Source of the DNA: Entomortierella parvispora E1425
Taxonomy: Eukaryota > Fungi > Mortierellomycota
Direction of reading: 5' to 3'
Assembly (NCBI GenBank): GCA_020891255.1
Contig: BQFW01000011.1
Coordinates: 186,001-250,000, forward strand
DNA length: 64,000 bases
A program made the translations under genes and the position numbers. This document shows positions 20,007 through 31,608 of the stretch, piece by piece. Numbering within the stretch: position 1 is the first letter of the stretch; each line of letters begins with the position of its first letter. Below the pieces are notes generated by a model. The model was given only the letters and a program-made list of their open reading frames with translations, was not told the DNA's origin and ran no database searches.

Positions 20007-21078
20007 ATGGTTAAAACCTCCCTCTCCATCTTTCTCCTCGCCGTGGCCGCCGCTGTTGTCAATGCAGAATCCCTTCCTTACTGCAAAGGCATGTACGCTG
20101 ACAACCACAGCAACTGCGGCAAATTCCACCTCCCTCACGGAACAGACTACAACCCCAACGCCAACGGCGACATTGGCTACATCAAAAAAACAAACCATCA
20201 CTTCTCTTCTACCGCCACCCATAACTACGCCATTATGGTGACCAACACTTTTGAGAATGGTATCCCTCAGAACGACTACTCCACTTGCGTCAACATTGGT
20301 GACGGTCGGTATGTATCTGCACCTCGCTACATTCCATGCATGATCTTTTATCTCTCCTCCATGTACCATGCACAGCCACTCTAACGGCTCATTTTTCCAA
20401 TTTATTTTGTTTCCTTGCAGCGGGTACACCTGTGGTTCTATTGGGTTTACCTCGGATGATGGTTCGATGCTTGACCCTATTGATCGATACGGAAAGCTGC
20501 TCAAGCCCAAGCACAAGAAAAACCCCTTCGATAAATACCTCAAGACCCTCGACAGGAACTCAAACTCCGAGTCCGGAAGCACTTCTGGACTCGGAGGTAT
20601 CAGCACCATGTGGACCCATCTCGGTTGCACCGACTCTTTGTTCCGAAAAGCCCAAGATGAAGCAGGCGCTGCTGAAGTCGAACCCAATGCGTTCGGCCAT
20701 GCGGCATACGCCAACGTCAAGTCAAATCTCGGATTGCTCATCTTCAGAGATTCCGAGGTCCAGCACGGCAGTGGAAACAGTGAGCCCCATATTGGTGTCG
20801 AAGCCATCATGAAAGTCACTGCTTCCGAGCTGCCCAAGAAGCACACCGAAGCTCAGTACTTGTCGAAGTTCTTGGAGGTCCGAAGACAGCTGCTTTGCTG
20901 CTACAGACCCGACGGCGATACCACATGGCCCGAATCGGCCGACCGAATCTCGGATTTGCAGTCCTTGGTCAAAACAAGGAACTGGGCCTTGAAGGCTCCT
21001 TTCAGATTGCCTGCCTACACGCAGACCATCACTCGTCGCACACCTATTTATATTCCACCTAAAAGTTGTCGAAAGTAA
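20007..21078 (+). CDS. Secreted GH46 chitosanase, one intron (20309-20420)
   Basis: Signal peptide MVKTSLSIFLLAVAAAVVNA. Spliced core VTNTFENG..CVNIGDGR|GYTCGSIGFT keeps the GH46 catalytic Glu (FENG) and Asp (IGDGRG). Later FRKAQD, DSEVQHG, EAQYLSKFLEVRR and DRI motifs are also present. Confidence 0.85.
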
Positions 21079-21378
21079 ACGAAACGAAACGACTTTCTTC
21101 TAATAAAAGCTTCCTATGTCATTCCAAAAGATGACCGTTTGGTCCTGTCCTTTCATCCAAAAAAAAAAAAAAAAAAAAGTTCTCTCCGCCTCTCCGTGAG
21201 TGTTCGCTTCTATTTTATTTGTGTCCCTCTCGTGTTTTCGTGTATTAGGCGAATGCTTGTATTATCATTTAGTGCAACAGAAACCAAGATCTGCCAGTGG
21301 AACTATAGCTCAACATCCAGGACAGCTCTCGTACCCTCACAGCTTCCTCACGTCTTGGTAAACTGATTTTAAGCCCAC

Positions 21379-24238
21379 CTAGAGCAAAATACACTTCTTG
21401 ACGGGATTCATTGGCGCACCTGCCTTGCACTTGAAGGCCTTGGCAAAATGATCAGAGTTCTGGACCACGCCGTTGATGCGCCACTTCTTGGGTGAGTGGT
21501 TGTCGTCGTTGAGCATCTTGACAGATTCCTCGGGGGCCATATTGCCACAGTGAGGTCTGGCGTACTGAATAAAGAACAGCTGCTCGGCAGTGTAATTTTC
21601 CAGACCAGGCAGCTTGTCGTTATTGTACCTAGCAGAGAAGGGGGGAATCAAACAGGTCGTAAGTTGTTAGAGACTGAAAGAGAGTAAAAAGATTGCCAGT
21701 GCTGCTTTACTTTTTTGCACGCTGGCGCTGTTTCCAGGCTTCGTAGGAAATCTTGAGGCCGCCGTTGTCGGCAATGTTTTCGCCCAGAGTACTCCAGCCA
21801 TTGACATTGTGCTTTTTGCCGTCGGCTCCATCGATGGTGAACTCGCCGTACTGCTCGATGAAGCACTTGGACTTTTCATCAAACTTTTCGAGTGAGGAAG
21901 GCTCCCACCACTATTAAGGACAGGTCATGTTTAGAACACTACTTGCGAAAATGACATGGGCGCTGCTAGTAAGGAATACAGAAATTGAGAACTCACCTCA
22001 CGGATAGCGCCATTTTCATCATAGCGCTGGCCTCTGTTGTCAAAGCCATGTGCCAACTCATGGGCAGCAACGACACCGATACCAGCGTAGTTCAAATATT
22101 CTGGTACACTGGACTGGAAAAAGGGTGCGCGCAAAATACCTGCCAAAATCTCAATGCTGTTCATGTTGGGGTTATAGAAGGCGTTTACAGTCTGAGGAAT
22201 GGCGGCCAGCTTGATGCGATTGACTGGCTTGTTCATACTGTGCAACATGAGTTCTGTCTTCCAGGAGCTGACCCTGATCTGGTTGCCAAAATAATCGCCC
22301 TCTTTGATAATAAGCGTTCTGTAGTACTCATCCACTGAAGCGGACGAGTCCACCTTAGGGCTGCTGTGTGAGAAGCCGATCTTGGGAACAATTGCCTTGA
22401 GCTTTTGGAGGGCGGCTTGGCGTGTGCGAGGATCAAGCCAGTTGTACTCCCAGAACGACTTTTCGAAGCTCCAACGCAGGGATCCAATCAGGTCTTGCAT
22501 GATATCTTGGGATTCTTGAGGAAATGTGGCCCTGACAAAGAAGTGACCAGCCAGGTCGCCAAGGTTGTCGTTCACCATCTGAACACAGCTCTCCCAGCGG
22601 CTCGTGGAGGTGCTCTCTCCTGGGATGGCCTTCTTGAGCTCCAAGAGAGGCTTTTGGTAAGGCTCAGCAAGGTGGGGACCGAGGTTGCGCATCATGGTCC
22701 AGACAAAGTAGTTCTGGGTGGTTTCGAGGGGCAAGGTCTCCAGAGCGGTCTCCAGGCGGCGGAAATAGAACTTCCACAGCATGTTAAGGTTCTCGGGGAG
22801 GGGCACATCGGCAGGGAACGCCCTCTTGAAGATCACTGTCCAGTCCAGCGAAGGGGTAATCTCGTCCAGGTCAGATATCTTGTCCCAAACAATCCCCTCC
22901 TCTTCCTCTTCTTCTTCCTCTTCTTCTTCCTCTTCTTCTTCCTCCTCCTCCTCTACCACCTTTTCCCAGCCAGCAGCATCCTCCTTCCTAAAAATATCCT
23001 CCTCCTTCTCATCCTTGATGATCTCCTCTTCAACACTGGCGCGAGTGTCAAGACGTCCTTCTCCTCTCTTGTCAATTTTGAAGGGGCCTGTCCCAGCAGC
23101 CTTGGGTGGCTCCACAACTATACCGGCGAGAATCTTTTCGAAAACAAGGACACCCTTTGCAACCTTCTGCCAGACCAGCGGGACATGATCAAGTTTTTGA
23201 GGGTTGCCTTTGCCTTGGATGATGTAAAACATCTCTGCAATGACCCTCTCGTACCGCTCCAGAAGCTTCTCATCCTTGTAGAACTCCTCGTCCTTCAGTC
23301 CGAGTCCAGCTTGAGTGGCGGTCAGCATCTTGGTGCCAGGGTTCGTCTCATCATCCCAAAGCTCCCAGACAACAGGGAGTTCGAAACCCTGCTTCATACT
23401 ATGTCCCCAGAGCTTTGACAGAGCGAGGCGGTTGGCCGGCGATAGGACGGCGCGAGTACCGTTGTGGGGAACGGAGGTGGAATCAGGGACAGGGAAGAGA
23501 TCCGTCAATTTCTTGATCTCGTCCTGGAGAGGCTTGATACCGATCTTACGGAGCTGGGAGCTGTCCATACATGAGCCGTAGTAGGACTGCAGCTTGTTAA
23601 GGTTGCGCTGGCCAGTTTTGTCATTTTTTGCGATGACAGGTCCCTTGGGATCATTACGAGAAACGATCGAGCGAATCACTTCCTGGGAGACAAAAAAAAA
23701 CGAAAATAAAGTTCATGTAAGGTTCGGCATGACCGTGAGCAGCGAAACATTCAGGTTCATGAGATCTGACTTCCTGGGAAGGGACATACAACATTCTGCT
23801 GGTTAATAGAGACCAGGTAGCCGTTCCTCTTCTCTCCAGGATGAAGCTTCTCGCGTGCATTGTATCCACCACCTAGATAAAAGAGAAGTGTTAGCACACC
23901 ATGCTCATGATTGACTCGAAGGGAGCGACGCTGGCAACAAGGTCGCTGCTGCTTGATTACATGCAAACTGATTAAAGTCGACACATGGATCGACTGATGC
24001 CTGCATATCCAACAGGATGTTGGACGCAACTTGGTGACAATGAGGGGTATTGCAAGTTCCCTAAACGAGAAATGGAGGATGGGGAAGATGGGCATGTCAG
24101 ACACCAGGTCATAATTCTTTCGCCAGGACTGGCAGGACCCTCAAGGATATGTCGCAGTACCGAGACAGGGGCAACAGGTGCCGCCGTAGACAGACCCAAG
24201 GCGGCACTGACAGCCAGCACAATGAAAATATTCCTCAT
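21379..24238 (-). CDS. Secreted M13 (neprilysin/endothelin-converting enzyme-like) zinc metallopeptidase, multi-exon
   Basis: Signal peptide MRNIFIVLAVSAALGLSTA; CNTPHC..SVDPCVDFNQFAC; VNAFYNP; HELAH; TLGENIADNGG; terminal C..PMNPVKKC. Confidence 0.92.
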
Positions 24239-25051
24239 GACTAGTGCAGATCAGAGTGAAATGGAAATGAAAAGGGTGTCTTGAGTGGATGGATGAACGC
24301 GGCCGTAAGAAAAGTTGGAGGGAGGAAAAGAGATGAAGCAAGAGTAGATCAGTTTATTTACGCAGAAGGGGTGTGCTGGCTGCGCCAAGTCTTTCAGCTC
24401 AATTGCTCTCGAAATGTCGATGTTGCTGTCTAAACTCCACCAGCTGAGAATGAATTACCGAATACCCAAAAGGCCCCACTTTTTTTTTGTTATCAGATCC
24501 TGGATTTCTTCAGACACTGTCTAGAGATTAGAAAGTAGTAAAGCGGTATAATAAAATGGACAATACTGACGGCTTCAAGTGTATATATAGTGCGAGAAAC
24601 AGAGAAACCCCGCACTTGGATAGCTGAAGCCTCGCCGATCTCCCTTTGCTGGAATTAGTCTTGAAAATCCCCTTCACTCTCATCATTGGCTCTGATATAG
24701 TATTTTTCTGTCGTATTAGCCCATGACGATCTTCTCATGGCCACTTTCTTCACCAATTCATTTTGTCTCAAAGAGCCCCCCCCCCATGCTCTTTCGCCCA
24801 TTTCTCACGCTTTTAATCCATTTCATTTATGTACTTCCCTAGTCCTGTACGGGTACGATGATACGTACAGTCAGTCCCACATGTCATAGTCAGTCTCACT
24901 GGACGTAAAAAATCCCATCAACAGGGAAGAGGACGCAAGAGACGGTAGGTTCAGAGAAAAACAACATGTTCATTCTAGCAAGTAGCTCGCTGGGCCTTTT
25001 TTAATAACCGATGGCGCAGCTTTGCACTGTCAATTGATGCTTTTTGCATCC

Positions 25052-25435
25052 TCAACTTCTAGTAGGACACCAGCACCAAACTACGAATAGTTTTTCTTTA
25101 GATAACCATGTGGTCAAATCTCGTTCGATGCAGTGAACTAAAGCCCTTCTATCGCCCTGAAGAGCCTGCGCCTGCTGTATACGCGTCCGAGCCGAGTAAA
25201 AATCACGTGCCTTAATTGCCACCTTGAGACGATTGATTGTCTTTGACGGGGGAAAATTAGCAGCGCCATGCTGTGACCCATGGTGTTGCAAAGCATTAAC
25301 AACAAAAGATGTGAGGCGGATAGTAAGAAATGAAGAAACAAGGACGGAGACGAGAAACAGGGTTGAAATTGATCGAGAATGATGTCGACTCAGCACACGA
25401 TGTTTCCATGACGAGCAATCTTTTTGGGTTGGCAC
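25052..25435 (-). pseudogene. Possible Crinkler N-terminal-like relic
   Basis: SKTINRLKVAIK resembles the CRN N-terminal T[VI]xxLKxAIK segment and the relic at 27.9 kb. Weak. Confidence 0.25.
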
Positions 25436-26500
25436 TCACAGCCCCATGTCAGTCAGTTTGACATCCTATCTACTTGTAGCTCGCTTTGGTAATCCATCTC
25501 TGCTCCGTGCCTCCTCTTTTCTTCTCCCTAACCTTGTTTTCCTCCTTCCTTTTACATCGAACGTCCAGAAAACAACATGACCATGAACTCTGCAAGCCAG
25601 TATCGCTCCCTCCATCGGCCTGTGTAATAGGCACAGAGGGGGAATACAAGGAGGAGACCGAGGAGAGGACAAGGGCAGGGAGAAGCAGAGTTAGAGAAGT
25701 GAATGATGTTTAATGTGTTGGAGGGAGGGGGTATATATATGTGTCTATCTGGATATGGTACTGTAACTATGCTGGGATTGGTGGGAGTGTTGGAGCGGCA
25801 GGGGTTGGAGTGGGTGGAGTGACAGGATCACAGAAGCTGTAGGCACGCGTTGCAGCCTGTTCTGATGAAGGAAATCTGGCAAGTATCGCTTACCAGGCAT
25901 GTCCTACAGCTACGTGGTGTTCTCCCCCGTCTTTTCATTCCGATTTACTGCCGATGCCTGCACAAAATTTGAAGAAAGTGCCAGTAGTTTGAGATATTCC
26001 GCCTCTTCGCTCTTCTCCCTCAAATTATGAGTGTGATTTCTGCCATCTTCCGCAACTTTGACATCTGTTGGTTTGTTCCCTTAAGGACCATACTCTGTAT
26101 CTACACATCACTCTCTCTCCTCTTCATCTGAGAGATGTTTCCTCTGACCGTCCACGATCCACACCCCACATTTCCTTCTTTCGACAGCCTTTTTCGACAT
26201 TGCTACCCAGAAAAAAACATTGCTGGAGGGACATTGAATCTCTGATCACACCGGAATTAAGGCTCCTTCTATGTGCCCCCTTTTTTTTGTCTCCATGCAT
26301 CCCCTTGGACAGTTTAGGAGATCTCGGCTATTTCTTTTTTCCCCTTCTGATTCGTTTCCCCCATATCATCAAGGCGCCATGTACTATTGATCTTTGCAGC
26401 GTCTCCCGCCTTGATCAATCTGCTCTTCTCAGAGTCCTTCATGGTCTCCATGACCCTCGATTTTTCTTTTCTGCGCTGGACCAAGTCACCTTGTCCTCAA

Positions 26501-26506
26501 TATAAA
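26501..26506 (+). promoter_or_regulatory. TATA box upstream of the GH24 gene
   Basis: TATAAA followed by a pyrimidine-rich leader and probable 5' UTR introns (GTAAGT at ~26539). Confidence 0.4.
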
Positions 26507-26828
26507 GGCTCTGTCCTCCGCTCTTGCCCACTCGCACTCCACTTCCTCTTCAATCAAGTAAGTAAACGACCCCTCCATTCCTCATTGTTCTTTATTTGAT
26601 CTTCTCTCAATCTCACAATCATATTCTCCAGAATAACCCCTCTGAGCATCATTTCACAGAGTCAAACCATCAAGCCCAGAACATAAAAAAATTTTATCTC
26701 CCTCTCTTTCCCACCCGCAAACATGGTAAACAAGTCTTTTGTTTGATGGTGTACGAGGCAATATTTGTGTTGTAACGTCTTGATCCTTGTTTTCACCTAT
26801 TAGTCAATATGATTCAAATTAGATCGTC

Positions 26829-27389
26829 ATGATGCAAGCATACGTTTTTGCACTTGCAGTCGCATTCATGCTTTTGTTGGGTTGCGATGGTGCTGTCTGT
26901 ACGTCAGTTAATCAAGAAAGCATCAATCTCATTGAAGGATTCCAAGAATTTGTACCCTCACCAAGACCCGATCCCATTGGACTGCCCACAGTCGGATATG
27001 GTCACCGTTGCACGTCAAGAGGATGCAGTGAGATTCGTTACCCGTTTCCTCTGACAAAGTCCTATGCCGAAGCATTACTTAAGCAGGACATTGGATCTAT
27101 CATAGCCTGTTTGGACTCTTCCATTGATAACAAGATCCGACTCAATGACAATCAGTGGGGAGCCCTTGCCTCATGGGCCTTAAATGTTGGCTGCGGTGCG
27201 GTTAGAACCTCGGCTCTAATCAGAGGGCTCAATGCTGGGCAAAATCCGAACACAGTCGCGGCTCAGGAGCTTCCTAAGTTTAGCAGAGCAGGAGGAAAGA
27301 TTCTTCCAGAGTTGGTCCGTCGCCGTGCAGCTGAAGTGAAGCTTTTCCAGACACCATCTAGCCATGAGTCTCATCCTAACTGCTCCTAG
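26829..27389 (+). CDS. Secreted GH24 (phage-type) lysozyme homolog with Gln at the catalytic Glu position
   Basis: Signal peptide; LIEGFQEFVPSPRPDPIGLPTVGYGH; LNDNQWGALASWALNVGCG; LVRRRAAEVKLF. Confidence 0.9.
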   Translation: MMQAYVFALAVAFMLLLGCDGAVCTSVNQESINLIEGFQEFVPSPRPDPIGLPTVGYGHRCTSRGCSEIRYPFPLTKSYAEALLKQDIGSIIACLDSSIDNKIRLNDNQWGALASWALNVGCGAVRTSALIRGLNAGQNPNTVAAQELPKFSRAGGKILPELVRRRAAEVKLFQTPSSHESHPNCS

Positions 27390-27799
27390 ATATTTGTAGC
27401 GTTCAATTATAAGGTCAGAGGTTGCACTGATCCTTGCAGGCATCCTAAAGAGTGATCTAGCCCGACCTCTTCTCGCGCGATATGACGCTGTACAAGAATA
27501 CAGCGCAAGCACCACATTAGTCTCATTCTTGTCCAGTACCACGTACAGAGGCTAAAGCCAGACTTCTTTACGGCATGTCCAGCCTGTCATTGTCCTTGGC
27601 TTACTCCAGAATAGAGGTCGACGTCAGTCGTCCCATATCAAATGTCGAAAGGTCAGGAAGATCCAAGGGCAGCAAACTGAGCCTTTTTAGATGGCTTCCC
27701 GCATATTTGTCGCCACGCCGCCAGCAATCCTGGTGTAGGGTTTTCAGTGATGTGTTCTCCTCTGAAAAAAGTATCGAGAAAGCTGGCGATAGGTGATCC

Positions 27800-28010
27800 T
27801 GGAGCAAACAACTTGACCGCGTTAGAGCCATGTAAACTAATATAATGCGTGTCAGAGCCATGACGATGAGCATGTCTGCATCGACAATAATGCTGAGGTT
27901 GTTGGTTCTCTTGTCCTTGATTGCTACCTTGAGGTGATCGACCGTCTCGGGCAGGTCCATGTCAATGTTATCAGCATCCTGTTGTGAGCCAGAGTCATGC
28001 GAAGCATTAT
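27800..28010 (-). pseudogene. Crinkler N-terminal (ubiquitin-like header) relic
   Basis: IDMDLPETVDHLKVAIKDKRTNNLSIIVDADMLIV resembles CRN-N (V.I..TVDDLKDAIK.KK.NDF.DVDADKLTLW). No intact downstream domain. Confidence 0.45.
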
Positions 28011-28432
28011 GACGCGTCCAGAGGGGAGGGAAACAAGAAATGAAGAAACAGAGCCTGAAATTGGATGCACCCATGCCAAGTACCATTAGCACATTCACAG
28101 CATGCCAAGCCTCCTCTTCCACCCTCGCCACTCATTCGCTCCATTCATCCCCTCACTAATCCCAGTGAATTTTTGTGTTTATCACTTGCATCTTTGGCGT
28201 ATTGCAGTAAAGACCGTGCTAAAACTGCGGATTTCCTTTGAGCAAACATCACTTTCCTTGACCCATAGGTTGCCACGATTGAAGTATAATAAAAGTAGAG
28301 AAGTCTCTGGATTGTTACACAATTCCGCAGTTTCCACCCGATAGTGAGAAAAAAAAATGCATGCTTCATCGCGTCATTCCCATCATTCTCTCACTCATCC
28401 ATCTGCATTCCCTCAGACATTAAAACCGAAGG

Positions 28433-29749
28433 ATGGCCCTGTTATCATCCGTTTCCGTGAGACTGCCTGAGGACGGAGTGCCAACGAAGACGATGGTCAG
28501 AGACATCATTGGCACATTCCTCACCAAAGAATGGCCATGTGTTGATCCAGAGACTCTCACAATGTCGTACAATGCATCGTTTGCCAACGCCCACTGCCTC
28601 GTCGAGCGCCTCAAGCCAGCTGGTACACCGATTGAGCCATTGAAGGTGTTTATCAAATTCCACAAGACCAACGTGGAAAACATTGACATTTTCAAGCATC
28701 TAGTCCCGACTAAGCAGAAGGAAGCGCTCGTCTGCCACGAGTATGGCCAATTAGGACGGGGGGCCAAGGTGTACGGGTTTTTTGAGACGCAAGATGGCAG
28801 CTTGGGTAGAATCGACGAGTTCTTGGACGCACGTAATTTGGAACCGGAGGATGTGGAAGACGTTCTCATCCGATCGGATGTTGCTAAAGCACTGGCCGTG
28901 TTTCATGCCATGGATACGTCGCTAGCCAAGAATGGGGTAGAGTTGTACTATGAAGCTGTCATCAGCGGTCTTGAAAAGTATTACAGGATGGATAAACTGA
29001 AGGCGCTTGGCAAAGAAGGAGGGGTCAGCGTGGACAATCTGATTGACTACGACTTTGGATCTCGACTGAGGCGTGTTGTAGTCAAGCTAGAATCCATACC
29101 GGCCAAGAAGGGATGGTGCATCCATGATGTCCAGTTCATGAACACCATGGTGAAGAACAATCCAAAGGAAGGAGAGAACAAAGTCGTTCTCATCGACTTT
29201 GAATTTGTGATGCAAAACTACCGAGCCTTTGATATTGGCGGACATTTCATGCAAAAGATGTTCAAGTGGTTCGATGAGGAGAGCAAGATTGCCAATTGCA
29301 GAAAGTACACCGAGGAGGAGAAGAAACATTTTTGCAACGAGTATGCGAAGCAGTGGAACAAACAGACTGGCGACTCGGATTCAGGCGATCAGGTGTTTTT
29401 GGAATCCGAGTACGGCTACATGCTGGCCATCACCTTTGATATTCACAACATGTTGTGTTTTATGAATGACGAAGATGACAAGGATCCATTAAATCTTCTG
29501 GGACTCAACAAGCTGTTCGAGGAATTTGTATGCCAAACTTGGGCTGGAAAATCCTTAATAACAAATATCACAATTCCTTTATCACTTTGCCATATGAGGC
29601 CACTACTGTTTGAATATGGTATGATACTCGCTGTTTTGAAAAAAAGGCAAACTGCAGTGCCTCGGAGGGATGGGAAAGAGCCGCCACTATTGCAGGCCAT
29701 GAATGAACGTACTCACCCTATTCCTCTGAATCTCCACGTCAAAAACTGA
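28433..29749 (+). CDS. Choline/ethanolamine kinase-like protein, intronless as predicted; C-terminus possibly frameshifted
   Basis: Brenner-type motif WCIHDVQFMN, kinase motif LIDFEFVMQNYRAFDIGGHF, GRIDEFLDARNL. Confidence 0.8.
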   Translation: MALLSSVSVRLPEDGVPTKTMVRDIIGTFLTKEWPCVDPETLTMSYNASFANAHCLVERLKPAGTPIEPLKVFIKFHKTNVENIDIFKHLVPTKQKEALVCHEYGQLGRGAKVYGFFETQDGSLGRIDEFLDARNLEPEDVEDVLIRSDVAKALAVFHAMDTSLAKNGVELYYEAVISGLEKYYRMDKLKALGKEGGVSVDNLIDYDFGSRLRRVVVKLESIPAKKGWCIHDVQFMNTMVKNNPKEGENKVVLIDFEFVMQNYRAFDIGGHFMQKMFKWFDEESKIANCRKYTEEEKKHFCNEYAKQWNKQTGDSDSGDQVFLESEYGYMLAITFDIHNMLCFMNDEDDKDPLNLLGLNKLFEEFVCQTWAGKSLITNITIPLSLCHMRPLLFEYGMILAVLKKRQTAVPRRDGKEPPLLQAMNERTHPIPLNLHVKN

Positions 29750-31608
29750 GCAGTCATGAGCAGTGTCTTCCGCTCCAAGGGTCAAAGAGACATAGTCAAG
29801 CTGGGAGATGCCGGGGATTTCCCGCAAACGGCGGAGAGAGAGATCCGTGCCCATGCTATCCCTGGGACTTCCTATAAAACCCCTTGCAGTAAGTTTCTTG
29901 CCTGGATTTAGACATACTTCCACCCACAGCGGGCAGCTTGGTGGTGCCCTCAAAGCTAGAGCAAAGTCTAGTTAGACTCTGTAGACCAGTTAGAACATCA
30001 GTACCTGAACTCGGGCAGCTTTTCTTACAGTCTCCGTTCTTTAAACGACTTGATCCTTGCATCGCCCACGTATGCTTTGCCCATCAGAAACGCCCGCTCT
30101 TTGCAAAAAGAGCTGCGCGTCCATTTGATTCCAGAAGATGGCGTACGTAGACAAAACGCCCCTTTTGATAACCGTCTGCGTCGCCGGAGTCCATCTTGCA
30201 CATATTACATCAACAAGCGATCATCTCGGCACCACTGCAATATGTCCTGCATCAAAGTCCAACGATGTTGCAGCTTAGACGAGCCTAGACAATTAGGTAT
30301 ATTTAAATGTTTCTTAGTAACGAGAAGCTCTGACTTTCATCGTCGAATATCAAATGGCATTGGAATATGGGATGGACTCTACCTGAACTGAACTGTGACA
30401 GGACCTGGTCGAGCCTGACCCTCGACGGCCAGAGTAATTTCTGATTGACGCTCTGTTTGAGTTTCGATAGCTGTCGGTTGGTCGAGATCCGGGACATTGG
30501 AGACAGGCGCCTCTAAGTTACGAGCGGATTGTATTTCGAGAGTTACACTGGCGACTCCTGATTGATTGAGACTCTGCACGGCAGTAACAGCCAGCAACCT
30601 TTGACTGGTGAGCCGCCGACTCTCGACGTTGGCAACAGCGGCTCCCGATTGAAGGCGATCCTGGATGGGGGACAAAAATACTGACCGGTCTTGTTCCCCA
30701 ATGAAATCCAGTCACCCTCGGCCGTTTCTCAACCTATTCGCCTCTGCAGAGCCAAGCACTGCAGGTACATTCCTCGATAAAATATCACGGTCAACAAAGC
30801 ATTTCAGCGTCGGTCTGACATGAGCTTGGATGCAGTTGAATGCGCAAGTTCAACCCTCATTCTCCCGATGCAGACAGATTGTCTTCCAGCGCTCCTGTTG
30901 ATACTCCTGTCTCTTTTGTTGACCATGCTAGTGAATGTCCGCATGTCTAGGTAATGAAACAAAAAAAGGAGTGAGTTCACTTGGCCACACAGATATGCAG
31001 GGATGCAGAGCGTCTTACCTCCATCAACGTCTAAATCAGGTTGTCTTGTGGAGTGGAGGTGGAAGCAGATGGGGCTGTCATGTGGATGGCGGAAGGCAAT
31101 GGTGACAACATGAGAAGGAAACATGAGAAGGAAATGAATGGAGGCAAGGGACCCTGCCAGTCGAGCTACGTAAAATAATGCGCATCAGAGCCATGTAAAA
31201 TAATAGTGTGTCAGAGCCATGTAAAATGATACTGAGCCTGTTTGACAGGATCGGGCCACGCGTTTGGTGGCGTTGGACGCGTTTGGGGTGGCCCTCAAGC
31301 CTCCGCATTGGAGCCCGATCACCTCCCTTCATCTCTGCAAATGCATTGATTTCCTCCGCGTCATCTTGACTCTGGCCCCAACCGACTCACAATCATCCCC
31401 CCCACCGTGAGGGTAAAACGAACCTATCTCACGGCGGCCTAAACTCAGCCCACGTTGGGTGAACGATCCACCCTTTCTGAATTCTGCTTCAGTACGATAG
31501 AAAGAGACGGTATCAAAGAACCATCAGGCAACATCACTTTGAACGCCTGTAGGCGTTAGGATTTTTTCTATTATTAATTAATATTATTCATATGATTACA
31601 ATAAACGA

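Noticed and set aside
19959-20846. 295-aa minus-strand ORF
   Set aside because: Antisense shadow of the chitosanase gene. The same applies to 22405-23418, 31637-32455, 41519-42169, 42299-42970, 55717-56406 and 62935-63732.
29900-30700. Possible spliced minus-strand gene (ORF 30379-30675 plus downstream fragments)
   Set aside because: In-frame stops and no recognisable domain; no consistent model could be built.
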